Source: Raillietiella orientalis (lineage: Eukaryota). From it: a stretch of 64,000 bases of DNA. This document shows positions 1-13,000 of the stretch, one piece after another. The notes under the pieces were generated by a model. It saw only the letters and a program-made list of their open reading frames with translations, was not told where the DNA came from and ran no database searches. The position numbers and the translations under genes were made by a program. Every line of letters starts with the position of its first letter. Position 1 is the first letter of the stretch. Location: the NCBI GenBank assembly GCA_036172245.1, contig JAYWIR010000128.1, positions 1-64,000 on the forward strand, written 5' to 3'.

Positions 1-29
1 TCGTGAGGTCACGTCGTATCGATCCGTCG

Positions 30-290
30 TTTGCCACCCGGATATGCCGGAACATTTATTATTCTAATTTTCTACAAAAATTAGATAATAAAGTCTTTCA
101 AAAGTTAATTGTGTGAAACACTTGACTTTCCCACCTTGGTTGACGTGTCGGTTGCCGGTGCATAGACCGGTTAGGTCCATTCCCGAGGCGCATGGGAAGG
201 GAAAACTAAAACAAAGACAAACAAAAAGAGAGATATCGGGGAGGGAAACAGTTTCATGGGGAGAGGGGGGGGGCAGGGCAGGGATCACTG
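30..290 (-). mobile_element. L1/Tx1-clade LINE, subfamily C, 3' UTR-only fragment
   Basis: Homologous to the 3' end of the element at 7895-8160. On the minus strand: AATAAA (55-60), then CCGG-N5-CCGG hairpin (38-50), then short A tail. Confidence 0.8.
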
Positions 291-492
291 CTTCTTCCGA
301 AGGGCAACCGTGCTTTCGACGAGGAGAAACGCGCAGATTGGATTGGCCCTTCACGGCGGAAAAAGTATTTTCCGCCATAGCGGGCCTGAAGAGGCGTAAG
401 GCGCCTGGGGAGGATGGCCTGCCCGCGGAGTTCTTTCAGTGCTTTGTGGCGGAGCTCGTCCCCTTGGTGCTAAGCCTTTCCTCGCTGATGCG
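288..492 (+). mobile_element. LINE ORF2 fragment (A-like; linker/RT N-terminus)
   Basis: Translates to PFTAEKVFSAIAGLKRRKAPGEDGLPAEFFQ (L1/Tx1 KAPGxDG motif). Cut at SLMR by a B element. Confidence 0.85.
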
Positions 493-909
493 TTTTGAAC
501 CCGGTCGCGCCGGGACGTTTATTTGTAAAAACGAACCACAAACTTCAAGGCAAATTCATCCTTACGAGACACAAGAAACGCCCATACAGTAAGTTCAGTT
601 CACAAAGATCAACGCAGGGTGCCTTCCAAAAGAAACGAAGGAAGGGAGAGGGATGCAGAATAAACAAAATATAAGGGTACAAACAAAAAAAACCAGTGGA
701 GAGTGGGGTCAGGTATCTTTGGTAGTAAACGTTTCTAATCTTTCTGGAAGCGCTGTTTGACAATGGCGACTTCCCTGGAGACTTTTCTGGGCAGATGAGG
801 CCACCTGACAGCTGCTTTCATAAAGTTCGCAGCGATTCTGGCGGCGTTCGTTCGCTGCGAGCTTCCTTCTTGTTTACGGCGGGCGATCACGATGGCGCGG
901 ATGCAAGAG
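493..909 (-). mobile_element. LINE subfamily B, 5'-truncated 3' end
   Basis: Homologous to 10016-10459. AATAAA (518-523) and CCCGG/CCGGG hairpin (500-514). Confidence 0.8.
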
Positions 910-923
910 GTTACTTTATCCAG

Positions 924-3816
924 AGGAAATGCTCGGCACCAGCCGACGTGCGACGGATAGTCAGGCGCTATTACTCTTCTCTGTATGCAGAGGCACCGAC
1001 GGAACGCAGCCTCTCCCAGCTGCTTCTGCCGATTGATACACCTGTTGTAGACGAGGACGAACGCGCGCGTCTTGATGAGCCCTTCACGGCAGAGGAAATT
1101 TCCTTTGCCATCTCGGGGCTCAAGAGACGAAAAGCGCCAGGCAAAGATGGGCTCTTCGCTGTATTCTCAGAGTGTTTTTCGGCGGAGCTCATCCCCCTGG
1201 TGCTTCAACTCTCGTTGCTGATGCGAGACTCGGGCGATGTGCCCGCCTCGTTTCGCTCAGCGAAGGTGCGACTGCTGCCGGAAGGCGGAGACTTGCGCCA
1301 ACTGAACAACTGGCGTCCGATCACATTAGTGCATTCGAACGTCAAGTTGTTCTCGAAATTTTGGGTAACGCGGATGGGTAGGATTGCGGAATCCTTGGTA
1401 AGTCCGGAGCAGACATAAGCTGTTCCTGGGCGGTCCATGGACGCGAATCTCTTGTTCATCCGCACATGGCTGCTATTGCAGCATCGTGTGGCGGTGGATC
1501 GTCGTGCGGAAGCGCCACCTGCGATCTCTTACCGACGGAGGCGCGAGACGCAAAGAGAGACACCGGGAGCCTTGGTGGTTGCAGTCGATCAGCACAAAGC
1601 TTTCGATTGCGTGAACCAAAAGCTTCTTCTTCAGCTTTTGGAACGTCTGCGTCTTCTGGCATCCCTGTTGGCGTACTTGCGCTCCTGCAGGCGCCACGCG
1701 ATTACATCCATTGTTTTCAGTGCCTGTCGCGTGTACGGCGTGCCGGTACGATCAGGAATTACGCAGGGTGACAGCTTAAGCCCACTGCTCTTCAGCATTT
1801 ATTTTGAATTGGTGCTGGAGGCTTACAGGCTGACGCTAGCCAACCTGCCGAGCTCCTGTCCAGGAACGTTGGCCGTGCCAGCCTATGCCGACGACCTGCT
1901 TCTCCTGTTGCCCATGTCCACCCCGGCGACATCGCTTGAAGATTTCTTTGAGTTCATCCGTCGCGGTGCGGGCGTGAGCGTCAACAGGAGCAAGTGCATG
2001 TTTTTTTTGTGGGAGCGACGTGGGAGGCGCAGTCCGACTGGATCGACCTGGGGATCCCCACGAGCAGGTACCTCAGGTACCTTGGCGTGCCGTTGGGCGA
2101 CTTCTGCATCTCAGAAGCGTAGTCGGACTGCCTTCGGAAGGCAGAGCCTGCACTTGGCCCGTTTTCAGGAGGCGAGTTCGTCTTGCCGGAACGGGCCAGC
2201 ATCTGGAACATATTTGTTGCCCCCCTTCGCCGCCTCCTGTTTTTGTTTGTCCACCCCCCAGGAAGTTAAAGTCTGGGCGCAGCGCCTTCTACGGAAAGCG
2301 TTGTGGAACGCTGCAAGATCCCGTGTTAGACTTCAAGACTTTGTGGCGCCGCGTCAGGATGCAGGATTGGGCATCCTCGACTTAAACAGCATCGAACTGC
2401 AGGTGCAGTTTCGCATGCTGCGGCTCTGTGCCAAGCTGTGGTGTACGCCGTGGTGCTTACCCGCACGCCTTATACTGAGGCGCTCCACGGGAAGCGAGGG
2501 ACGGCTTTTGTTGCTACCCCACTGTCGGAACACCAGAATAGGGTTTGGCTTCCCGCTGAGGCAGCTGTCCTCACTGCTGGAAGCCCAAATCTGGATCTCC
2601 TACCGCACCATGAACATTAATGCATGGCATCAGGAATCTTTTCCATCGTGGTCAGCTTCCGAAGGAACGCGTTCGGAAGATCTTCGACGCCTGCGACTTC
2701 TCCGCAGTCATCAAATGGACGAAGTCATGCAGGACAACAAGTTGTCGGATCGTCTGGCCGCCACACCACTCGCCGCAGCGCTGTCTGCCCTCAGGGCAAG
2801 CAACGACGGTTGCCTACCGGCGGAATGGGAGTTCTCCTGCAAAATAGCGGGAGTCAGTAAGCTCCTCGTCAGCTAGACGACAAAGGAGCTGGTGCAAGCC
2901 GTCACACCTCGGAATCGGGCGAAGGGCCTGTTTCGGTGGAGCGAACATTTAAGTGTGCCCTCCGGAGAGATAGTGGTTCCGTTCGTTTGTTTGGACCGCT
3001 CGATGTTCCCCCTTAAGTAGAAACAAGATGTGCTGCTCTTTTTACATTGTGCATTACACTGTAATAGACAGCGAAGCATCATTTTCGGGGGAGCTGCTTT
3101 GCCAAACTGTTTAAGGTGCGGAGAGAACGAGGCTTTTCCGCAACTTTTGCTGGACTGCGGTGACCTCCGGGAACTGTGGCGAAGGATCACTTCGGCCATC
3201 ATGCCACAAGGAGGCATTACCATTGACGTGCTGCAGCGCTTCTTCATCAGAAATGGACTTTCGGTTGGCGGGATTGTCGCAACCATGTGTTGCGTTCGCG
3301 CCATCGTGAAGGCCCGATACGCCCTGGAGTTGTCAGCGTAGCGAAGGGAGGCTCACCTGCTTGTAGCTCAATTCATGGAGAAGGCTTCAAGGTGGTCTCA
3401 TCTTCGTGACAAGGTGAATGAAGACATCACCGGCATACATCCCCGGTTTACACACCTTTGAGAACGGCGTAATCTGGTGACCGATGCGACCTCTCGCCCA
3501 CCCATACCCCGTCCCCGTTCGCTCGGTGAAATTTTCGGTGCCCATGCTTTTATCCCCGTGTCTTCCAGAGCGATCCCAAAGACCCTTATCCCCTCCTCCT
3601 TATTCATTGTTTTCATTTTATTTTGGTTTCTTTGTGTTCCCCGCCCCCCCCACACCGTTCAGAACACAGTTACTCAGGCCTGCGTGACAGCAATATTCTC
3701 TTCATTCTTGCTCAGTCGTCGGTTGGGAGTTTGGTTCCCAACTGGTTTATTTTGTATAATTGCTATTTTTGGTTATGCTATATGGAATAAACGCCCCGGC
3801 GTGACCAGGTGAGAAA
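924..3816 (+). mobile_element. LINE subfamily F, 5'-truncated, decayed ORF2 (RT + zinc finger) and 3' UTR
   Basis: Motifs KAPGKDG, NWRPITL, DQHKAFD, GITQGDSLSPLLF, AYADDL and CLRCGE. Stops and frameshifts present. AATAAA 3786-3791 plus degenerate terminal hairpin. Confidence 0.9.
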
Positions 3817-6130
3817 TCTCCGTTGCTTGTTCTGCAGAGATCACATGGATCTTCTGGAGCAGCACTAGGTCCAACGATCCTAGAATGGCGGCCATGTCTC
3901 GTCTCCTGCCGGCGTCTGTCATGCCGTTCACGTTCCAAACGGCGATGCGCAGACGACGGCGGGAGGAGATTCCCGCAATTACTGCCGGGAAGATGACGGT
4001 GTGGGGGTACCCTCCTCTTCCGAGGCGGGTGAGATGACCATTAGGGTTTCAGCCTCCTCAGGCACCTTGGGTACCTTTCCGGCTTAAACCCCCTCCATCT
4101 CCTCAGTGTCTGTGCATGGTGGTCTCTCGGGTGACGATTCCCGGGATTCTCCCACGCTCATGGCACCCTCGCAGTCGGAAGTCATCTCCACGTATTCGAC
4201 CTGGAGAGGGGCTTTCCGGGGTTTTCTGGACTTCCTTCCAGCCTTCCGGCGGGGTGCCGCGGAGATGGAAACTTGGTTTTCGGCCTGCCTTTCGGGGATG
4301 GAAGTTACCGACTCCTCGGTGGAGGCCGGACGCCTCGGTGCCTTTTTGCCAGCCTTGGAGGGGTCTGGCTGCAACGATGCAGCCAGCTCCTAGGCCGCAC
4401 ACTCGAAGGCGGCGTCATCGATCACGGTCTCGATGACGGACGCTTCCGCCGGTTCGCTCCCCACGCTGTTGACATTTTCAACAGTGGGTTGCTCGTCGGT
4501 AGCAGCGATTTCTACCTTGCGGCGTGCGGCGGGGACGCTTTCTACGACGATGCTGCATTCTTTTAAATTCTCGCTAATATGCTGTTCTTTATTTTGGTAG
4601 GCGAGCTTTTTTTCAATTCGTCGTTCTTTCTTCGACTTTTTTTTCTTTTTCGTTGTGAATTCTTGCCATTCCGACACCTGACCGCTTTTGTCGATCTTTT
4701 CGGCATTCGTTGCCGGGGTGTCGGCTGAGGCCTGGACCACGGGAGTGGGTGGCACAGCTGGAGCGGCAGCCTTCGCCGCCAGTTTTTTCTGTAGCATTCG
4801 CGCGGTGGTATAGTCCTCGAAAGGACTAGGCTTGGTCCATACTGCATGCACCGTGCCTTCTTTTCCCAACGAGGCGCGTAACTGTTCTTTCCGCATCGGA
4901 GCGGTAACTTATAAAAGGTGGACCACCATACTGTGGTCCGCCGTAACGGGAAGGAACCTTAGTGTCCCCATTACCACGGGGGTTTTAAGCAGACGTTGTG
5001 CCAGATCTGCATGTTTGCAGATCACCTCTACGTACTGCCCCCTGCTACGAATGGTCACAGCGCACAGCTCCTCCACTTTAACATCGAGAGCGCGCATCCC
5101 CTTCGAAAAGGCGCGCGTACTCTCAGAAGAATACAAATTTCCTACCTTGTAGAATAATGACGGTTTATACCCCTCTTGCACATAGGCAGATAATTCCGCC
5201 GCGGCTGCAGGCGATGGCGCCGACACGACGGCGCTATACGCCCGCGCTTCAGCGGGGACCGGTTTTGTGGGGGCGGACGCCGCCACCTTTTTCGCCACTG
5301 AAGGCGACGTTGCCGCCGCCCCCTGGCACTCCACCTTCTCTAGAGGCGACGTTGCCGCCGCCACCTGGCACTCCATTTCTTCAGGAGGCGACGTTGCCGC
5401 CGTCTCCTGGCACTCCGTCTTCTCTTGAGGCGACGTTACCGCCGCCACCTGGCACTCCATTTCTTCAGGAGGCGACGTTGCCACCGCCCCCTGACACGCA
5501 CTGGTGGTCGTGTCAGGCAGTGCTGCCTGATCGACCACCAGAACTTTTCTGCTAAGCGGCTTACCAAATTTCCTAGGTGGATTGACACTCGCCTGTCGAG
5601 CCGCCACCGACGCATAGGAAAAGGGCTGCGCCGCGGCAGCCGAACAAGATGGCGTCTCGCCCTGAACCGCGTGGACGCCCGCGGGTCCTGCCTGGGACGC
5701 CGCCGCTCCGAGCGCAACTTTCGACGTCGCCACCGTTTTCGCCGCGGGCGGCACCCTCGGCATCGCCTCCGCAGGCGCGACGTTCCCCTCCGTGGGCACG
5801 ATCCTCGGCGTCGCCTCCGTGGGCACGATCTCCGCAGTCGTCGCCGCGGGCACGACCCTTTGCCTCGCCGCCGCCGGCGCAGCAAAGCCCGCCGCGGGAG
5901 CGATCCTCGGCATGCCTGCCACCGACTCGCCGTTGCCGCACGTTACCTCCATGGCTTCCATGGGGGACGACGGTCTCTCCACTCCTCTTCTAGGTGCCTG
6001 CACCCTGGCAGGTGGTCTTGCTGCACGGGACCACTGCAGGTCTTTTGGCGCGATCTCCTCGCCGCTTCTTTTGTAGTTTCGTCTGAAAAACTTCCCATCT
6101 CCGGGCACACACGAGCACAATTAGCTGATT
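3817..6130 (-). mobile_element. LINE subfamily D 5' half (ORF1 + start of endonuclease) with an H-type 5' region
   Basis: EN motif AVWNVNG at ~3920-3945. ORF1 core (YKVG, IRSRGQYVEVICK, VVHL) is homologous to 23521-24714 and 54302-55457. 5545-6045 matches the reverse complement of 14760-15240. Confidence 0.85.
5303..5494. repeat. 42-bp in-frame tandem repeat (~4.5 copies; 14-aa AAATSPPEEMECQx) in ORF1
   Basis: GGCGACGTT recurs at 5303, 5345, 5387, 5429 and 5471. Confidence 0.9.
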
Positions 6131-6134
6131 ACGT

Positions 6135-7894
6135 TGTCGAGCGCACAATACTTTGAGCCGCGAAGCAAGTTCACCGACTCGGCAGTAGAAGAGCAGTATC
6201 CCGACTGTCAAGAAGGTGACTCCATTGACGCCTCTTAAAGGCGTAGCGGAAGCAACGCTTGCAGAGAACGCAGCGAAAATTCCGGAGGTTTCCGCAACTA
6301 CTGTCGCGGAAGCCTTCGAAAATCGCGAAGGCAAATGGAAGGATGTGGAGTGGAGGAAAGAAAAATCTACAAAAAAAGCTCCGCAACATCCATCCCTGAG
6401 CTCTTCCAAAGGAAAAAGCAGTCGCGGGAATGCGAAAACACGCGCAGCTTGTGCCACTTCCAAGCAAAAAGCCAGCGGCTTCAACGCGTGCCAGTCCGCT
6501 TCTGTGACAGCCGAGAAGACCATTCCGGTGCACTCGGACGCCTGCAAGCGCACGTCGATCGTGCGATCATCAGACACCGCAAAGGAGTCCTATAGCGCCG
6601 CGACGCGTAACTCGCGCGGGAGCGAGCGCCCGCAGTGCTGAAGCCCTGAGGCGTGACACACTCGCCGTGGAACGGCGAGTGCTCACCGCGGAACCCACAG
6701 GTTCTGCACCCGGGGTGGAGCACATGATTACGTGCAGCACAGTTGAGGCCAGTGGCGACTGCGCCCTCCAGCCCGTCGTGCTTCTTACCGCCCGCTCGCC
6801 GGGTGAGGCGAGCACCACGGCCTCGCTTTCCCAGCCGTGATGAGGGCAATCGCGTCTTCTCGTCGTGTTGTTGTAACGTCTTGGAACGACAACGGGCTCC
6901 AACACGAGGAGAAAAGGCGACTAGTGGCTGACGCTCTGCGCGCCTCCGACTTGACGCTCCTGCAGGAGATTCACAGCATCTCCGGAGAGCAGGCTGCCGA
7001 AATCGAAAGTTGCGCGGGCGGAACGCTACTTTATAGGTGCGGCGTTGCACGTACGTGCGGCGTCGCTTTCCTCGTGCGAGGAACTTTGGCGGGAGCGGTG
7101 CGCAGCGTTCGTTTCGACACGGAAGGCCGAGTGGGACAGCTTGTACTCAAGTGGTCCGTCTCGATCGACCTTGTCGTTAACAACGTGTACGCGCCGAGCT
7201 GTGCTGGACAATGGGCTGGAAGGATTGAGTTTTTCGGTACACTTCAAAGCCAGTGGCTCCCTCGATCTCACCCTACTCGGCCCATCTCATTGCGAGGGAC
7301 TTTAACGTCCACCTGCTTTCCGAGAATAGATCCCACAAAAGGGAAAAGTTGCTAGCGGAAGAGATGTGCGCGTCCGTGCACGCGTGCAACTTGTTCGCTA
7401 GCGACCCTGTTATGGCAGCAACGCCGAAACACGTATACCTTGATGAACACTTGCTCTGTCGAGTGGGTCGGAGAGGTCCCGTGCCGTTTGTGCTTTCAGA
7501 TTACAACAGGCTCGAGTTCGAGTTGCTCCCGCCAGGCAAGAGGCCTCCAAACTGTTTTTGGAGGATGCCAGCAGACTGCCTAAGCCACCCGGAGGCGGCT
7601 GAGCATCTTCGCCAGTACCTCCTCGGCTTAGCCATAAGTTAGCTCGAGCACTGGGACGAACTGAAATGATCGGTCCGCGAGTTATGCTGCCGGTTTCCCT
7701 TGAACCAGCTTCCGCGCGGCTCCGAAGAGAACGTAGCCAACAGCAGAAATTTTCTGCAGGCATGCTCTCTTTCCAGGCGCGCTGACGTTGGTCGATTATC
7801 CGAGTACAAGCCAAAGGCCGAGCGCCAGGTCTGGCAGTCAGGGGCGACAGTTCTGCTCGACGACCAGGACCGAGAATGCTCAATCTAGCCGACG
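6135..7894 (+). mobile_element. LINE A-like element, part 1: ORF1 C-terminus + APE endonuclease + linker (decayed)
   Basis: Motifs VTSWNDNG, LLQEIH, TCGVAFLV, NVYAP, RDFN, LSDY and FWRMP. Left boundary approximate. Confidence 0.85.
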
Positions 7895-9782
7895 TTTCTC
7901 ACCCGGATATGCCGGGGCATTTATTATACTAATTTTCTACAAAAATTAGATAATAAAGTCTTTAAAAAAAGATGTTTTCTGTGGGGAAACACTGGGTAAA
8001 CCACCTTGCTGGACGTGTCGGTTGCCGGTGCATAGACCGGTTAGGTCCATTCTTGAGGCGCATGGGAAGAAAAAACTAGAACAAAAACAAACAACAAGAG
8101 AGATAACGGGGAAAGAAACAGTTGTATGCGGAGAGGGAGGGGGCAGGGAAGGGATTACTGGGCGCCTGGGTCGGTCCTCCGCATCCTGTTAAGGATGCAG
8201 TCAAGTTCTGCTTTAACTGAGAGAGCTGGACGCCACCTTGTCGCCGTCTCTAAAGAGAACGTCGTCCAGTGGATAACGTCCCTGCATCTTGGTCCTCTTC
8301 TTCTGGCGTGCCACCTTTGCACAATGCCGCGCACGCAGCAGAGGACTGCTAGAGACGCAGCGGGGCGCAGGCCGTCAGCAGAAAGAGGCGACGGTAAATT
8401 TCCTTAGTGTCGCCTACTGGAAGATGAAGGATTGGGGCGATTCTACTCCAGAGTCCATCCAGGGCGACACACTCGAGGGTGAGATGCGGGAAGGTTTCTC
8501 TTTTTCCGCAGTCGACACAGCGGGCTTCCACTTTCCCCAGTGTCCAGTGAGACAGGCGTGCTCTGCTTAACAGTCCCCAGTGCAGAAATAGCAACGCCGT
8601 CTCCTGCCACTTCAACGGAAGTATGCCGCAATCCCAACACGCTGGGGGCCACTTCACCTCCTTCGGAGGTATTGCGAGCAGCTCTCCCCAGCGCGCAAGT
8701 CCGTGAGGCAGGACGCTCGGGGTGGCAGCGTCCGTGAGCTCCCGAGTCGTCCACGCCTTTAAAGGTTTTTTCCTGCCTCGGATGAGGCAGGAGACTTCCC
8801 ACGATGCCAGCTCGTTGCTGCTCCTACTGTTTTTCAGGGAGGACAGAACGGGGGCAAGGGGACTGAAAGAAGCCCACAGAAACTTCCGGGGCGTGTTAAT
8901 AATCTCCTGCAGCGGCTGTCGAGCGTACGGTCCTCGTCGTAGGAAGTTGTATTCCGCGTCGCTCGTGCCGTCGATCTTAGCCCACGCGGAAGCTGACTCC
9001 TGAAGCCAGGCAGTCCAGTTCGCGGAGAGGCAGGAGATCCAGGTATTCTCCCTCATCAGGGTGACCATCTGGCGCAAATTAAGGCCACAGTTGGAGAGGC
9101 TGCGCTGGTAGGCCACGAGGATCGAGGACAATCCTTCGCAGCCGGTCGCTCTTCTGGCGAGGAGCCGTGCAGGATCGCACCATGGCGTCATCCATAAGCT
9201 AGCCGCAAGGGCTAACTTCCGAAGTGTTGTCTGTATTTGGATGCGCTCCAACGTAAGGAGGCCCAAGCCACCATCCCTGCGTGGAGCGCACAAGTCTTTC
9301 AATCGGACTCGCGACCTCGCTCTGCCCCAAAGGGCAGTCCTCAAGATGGCTTTGGTCCGTCTCTGTATGATATGAGGGGCGGTGCAAACAAAAAGTAATG
9401 GGCGTAGGAGGGGGGCCGCGAACGCGTTTACACCACGGCCCGCTCCTGCAAGTAAAACTTGCCGTTCCGGAACGGGCCGATCGCCAACTCCACCTTTTGG
9501 AGATGGTCGGACCAGGCTTCTGCAACGCAGAAGTCCCCCAACGGAACGCCAAGGTACTTGAAGCACCTGCCCGTGGGGATCCCCAAGCGGATCCAGTCCG
9601 GCCGTCCGGCCCACGCCGTATTGTTGAAAGCAGTGAAGATGTAGGAACGATGGAAGATTTCTCTTTGTTCACCTCGAGGCTTGTCCCGCGGCGCAGCAAC
9701 TCAAAGAAATCTTCGAGCGCCGACGCCAAGGTGGACCCGGGGAGCAGGAGCACAAGGTCGTTGGAGTAGGCCGACACGGCAG
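7895..9782 (-). mobile_element. LINE subfamily C, 5'-truncated (RT C-terminus, zinc finger, 3' UTR)
   Basis: SAYSNDL (degenerate YADD), GGLGL, and CVDCGKRETFPHLTLEC in ORF 8349-9614. AATAAA 7920-7925 and hairpin 7902-7916. Confidence 0.9.
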
Positions 9783-10015
9783 CTTACGGAACGAAGTCTC
9801 TCCAAGCTGCTTCTTCCGACGGGTAGCACTGCTTTCGACGAGGAGGAACGCGCCAGATGGAATTGGCACCTTAAGCGCGGAAGAAGTATCTTCCGCCATA
9901 GCGGGCTTAAAGTGGCGTAAGGCGCCTGGCGAGGATAGCCTGCCCGCGGAGTTCTTTCAGTGCTTCGCAACGGAGCTATTCCCCCGGGTGCTGAGCCTTT
10001 CCGCGCTGATGCGGT
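9782..10015 (+). mobile_element. LINE A-like element, part 2 (linker/RT N-terminus)
   Basis: TERSLSKLLLP through SALMR. Continues at 21701 after the 12-bp TSD CGCTGATGCGGT. Confidence 0.8.
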
Positions 10016-13000
10016 TTGGACCCGGTTGCGCCGGGACGTTTATTTGTAAAAACGAAAAACAATCTTGAAGGGAAATTCAACCCTGCAGGACACAAGAAAC
10101 GCCTATACAGAGAGCTCAGCCTGGAAGGAGCACCGGCACGCAGGCCGCCTTCCAAAAGAAAGGAACAGAGGGAAAAGGATACAAAATTAACAAAACACAA
10201 CAAAACAAACGAACAAACAAACAAAAAAACAAAAAAAAACACGGGAGTGTGGAATCTTTAATCTTTGGTATTAAACGTTCCTAATCTTTCTAGAAGCGCT
10301 GTTTGACAATATCGAATTGGCTGTTGACTTTTCTGGGCAGATGAGTCCACCTGACAGCTGCTTTTATAAGGTTCGCAGCGATTCTGGCGGGGTCCGTTCG
10401 CTGCGAGCTTCCTTCTAGCATACGGCGGGCGATCACGATGGCGAGGATGCAAGAGAATGTTGCGATGGCAGCGCCTTATCCAGTCCGTCTTTGCTGACGA
10501 AGCGTCGAAGCAGGTCTGTGGCAGTGTCCTGAGGTCGACAAAGTGCCGAAGCAAGTCTCCGCCATAACTCCCGCAAGTCGCTACACTCAAGGAGGAAGTG
10601 CGTAGGCGATTCTATCGCCCCGCAGCTGAGGCAGTTCGGGGAGACGACTCACCCTGAAACCAAGTTTCTGCGCTTATTCCACTAAAATCCTCAGTGCAGA
10701 AAAAGAAGAACATTTTGTTTTCATCGAAGCGGGAACACGGAGCTGTCCACAAACAAGGAAGGGACCACGAGATCTTAGGGAAGTAAACCAAGAACCTCAC
10801 TCCAACGAAGAAGTCCCTTCGCCAGGTAACGTGGAGTGGCAGCGTCTACCAAGACTCTCGTTCTGCAGCCGCTCAGCAGTCTCTCAACTCCTGCAATGCT
10901 GCAGAAGAACTTTAACCTTTCCGGTTGGCTACTGTCGTTGTTTGCCCTGAGAGCAGACAGCGCTGCGGCGTTGGGTGAGACGGCTATCCGGCACCAAAGC
11001 GACCTGTCCTGTAGGATCGCTATTAGCGGTTTGCGTAAGAGGCCCTGTAAGGGTCGCAGTTGCTCTGGGCGCACATCCGAAGTGGATTTCCAGTGCTCGA
11101 GAGCTAATTGCTGCCAAGCATTCTAATTGATGAAGCGGCAGGAAATCCAGGAAAGGGCTAACAGCAACGAGGACAAATGCCTCAGTAAGTAGCCAAATCC
11201 AGTTCTCCGGCGAAGGTTGCGCGGCAGCAAGGAAAGCAATCCTGCACTGTTGACACATCGCTGGAGAATATGGCGAGCTGGAGCACCCCAGAGAATAGAC
11301 CACAATTTACCACATAGGGATAGATGCCGAAACTGCACTTGCAGTCCAATCTTCTGGATGGTCAGGATGCCCAGGTATGCGTTCTGGCATGACGCCACAA
11401 AATCTTTCAGGCGAAACCTGGATCGCGCAGCGCTCCAAAAGCCCTTACGTGGGAGACGCTGCGCTTGGAGTTTAACTACATAGGGAGGCAAGCAAACAAA
11501 AAATAAGGGGCGGAGGACGGAGGCAAGGAAAGTGTTCCATATGCACGCCCTATCCGGCAAGACGAACTTGCCTTCTAGGAACGGGCCTAGAGCCATCTCT
11601 GCCTTTTGAAGACAGGCCGACCACTATTCAGACGAGCAGAAGTCGCCCAACGGTACGCCAAGGTACTTGTAGTACCCGACCGTGAGGATACACAAACGGT
11701 TCCAGTCGGCCTGTCCCTCCCACGACGCACCACCGGCACGACGAAGCACTTCGCCCTGTTAACGCTCATGGCCGCTCCACGACGGATCAGCTCGAAGAAC
11801 TCTTGGACCGAATGCGGCGGAGTAGACATGGGCAACAGAAGCTGAAGGTCGTCGGCGTATGCTGCCGCGGACGGAGTGCACGGAGAGGCGCTGGGCAGGA
11901 CGGCAAGCATCAGCCACTACGCTTTCAGCACCAACTCAATGAAGATGCTGAAGAGCAACGGGTTTCAGCTGTCGACCTCTCTAATGCCTCTGCGCACGGC
12001 CACACCGTACATGCGGGAGCCACTGAAATTCAAGTTGATAATCGCGTGGCGCCATCATGAGCGCAAGTACAGTAGAAGATGATTCGGAAGCCCAAGACTC
12101 TCCAGGAGCTTCAAGAGTTGTTCCTCGTTTACGCAGGTTAATCCTTTGTGCAAATATACTGCTTGTGCCAAGGCTCCCGGCCTTTCTTCCTTTCGTCCAC
12201 ACTAGCGCACGCAGTCGGCAGAAGGTCTTGCCGCTGTTCGGCTATCCGCCGCAACGCGCTCTTGAAGCTGTTACCTTGTGCGCGCGAAAAGAAGGTTCGC
12301 ATGCATGGATCTGCCCGATACAGCGTAAGACTGGTCCGGGCTTACCACGGACTCCGCGACTTTCCCAAAGCGCGTGACCTACAGCTTCGAAAACCACTTG
12401 AAGTCCGTAATCACCAATGTGATCGGACGCCAGTTGTTGAGTTGACGCAGATCCCCTCCTTTCGGAAGGAGAGGCATTCTTGCTGGACGGAAGGAAGATG
12501 GGACATCGCCCGTCACCCTCATCAGCGTCGAGAATCTATGAACCAGTGGAGCGAGTTCCGCTGCGAAGCTCTGATAGAACTCCGCGGGCAGTCCGTCCTC
12601 ATCTGGCGTCTTCCGTCTCTTGAGTCCTGCGATGGCGGAAGAAACTTCCTCTAACGTGAAGCGCTCGTCGACACGATCGCGTTCCTTCTCGACGATGCCG
12701 TGTGCAGCCCGCGGCAAAAGTAGTTCGGTGAGGACTCCTTCCGTCGAAGAATTAGCGTAGAGCAAGAAGTGACGCTTTAGTGCTCGCCGCACTTCGGCAG
12801 CAGCCGTGCATTCCCGGCCTTGGTCGTCGAGCAGAATAGCCGCTCGAGACTGCCAGACCTGGCGCTCGGCCCTCGCCTTGTACTCTGAGAGTTGCCGGAC
12901 TTCCGCACGTCTCGAGAAAATGCGCGCCTGCAGACATGCTGTGCTATTGGCCACGCCTTCCCCGAAGCCGCGTGGTAGGAGGTGCAGGGGGAACCGGTCG

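Noticed and set aside
5425..6156. Arg-rich and other long shadow ORFs (also 14603-15109, 15548-16351, 20882-21706, 49546-50526)
   Set aside because: Alternative or antisense frames of GC-rich LINE ORFs.
7895..7925. Helitron 3' end or bacterial terminator for the CCCGG hairpin
   Set aside because: No CTRR end or RepHel protein. The hairpin always terminates a LINE 3' UTR, usually just after AATAAA.
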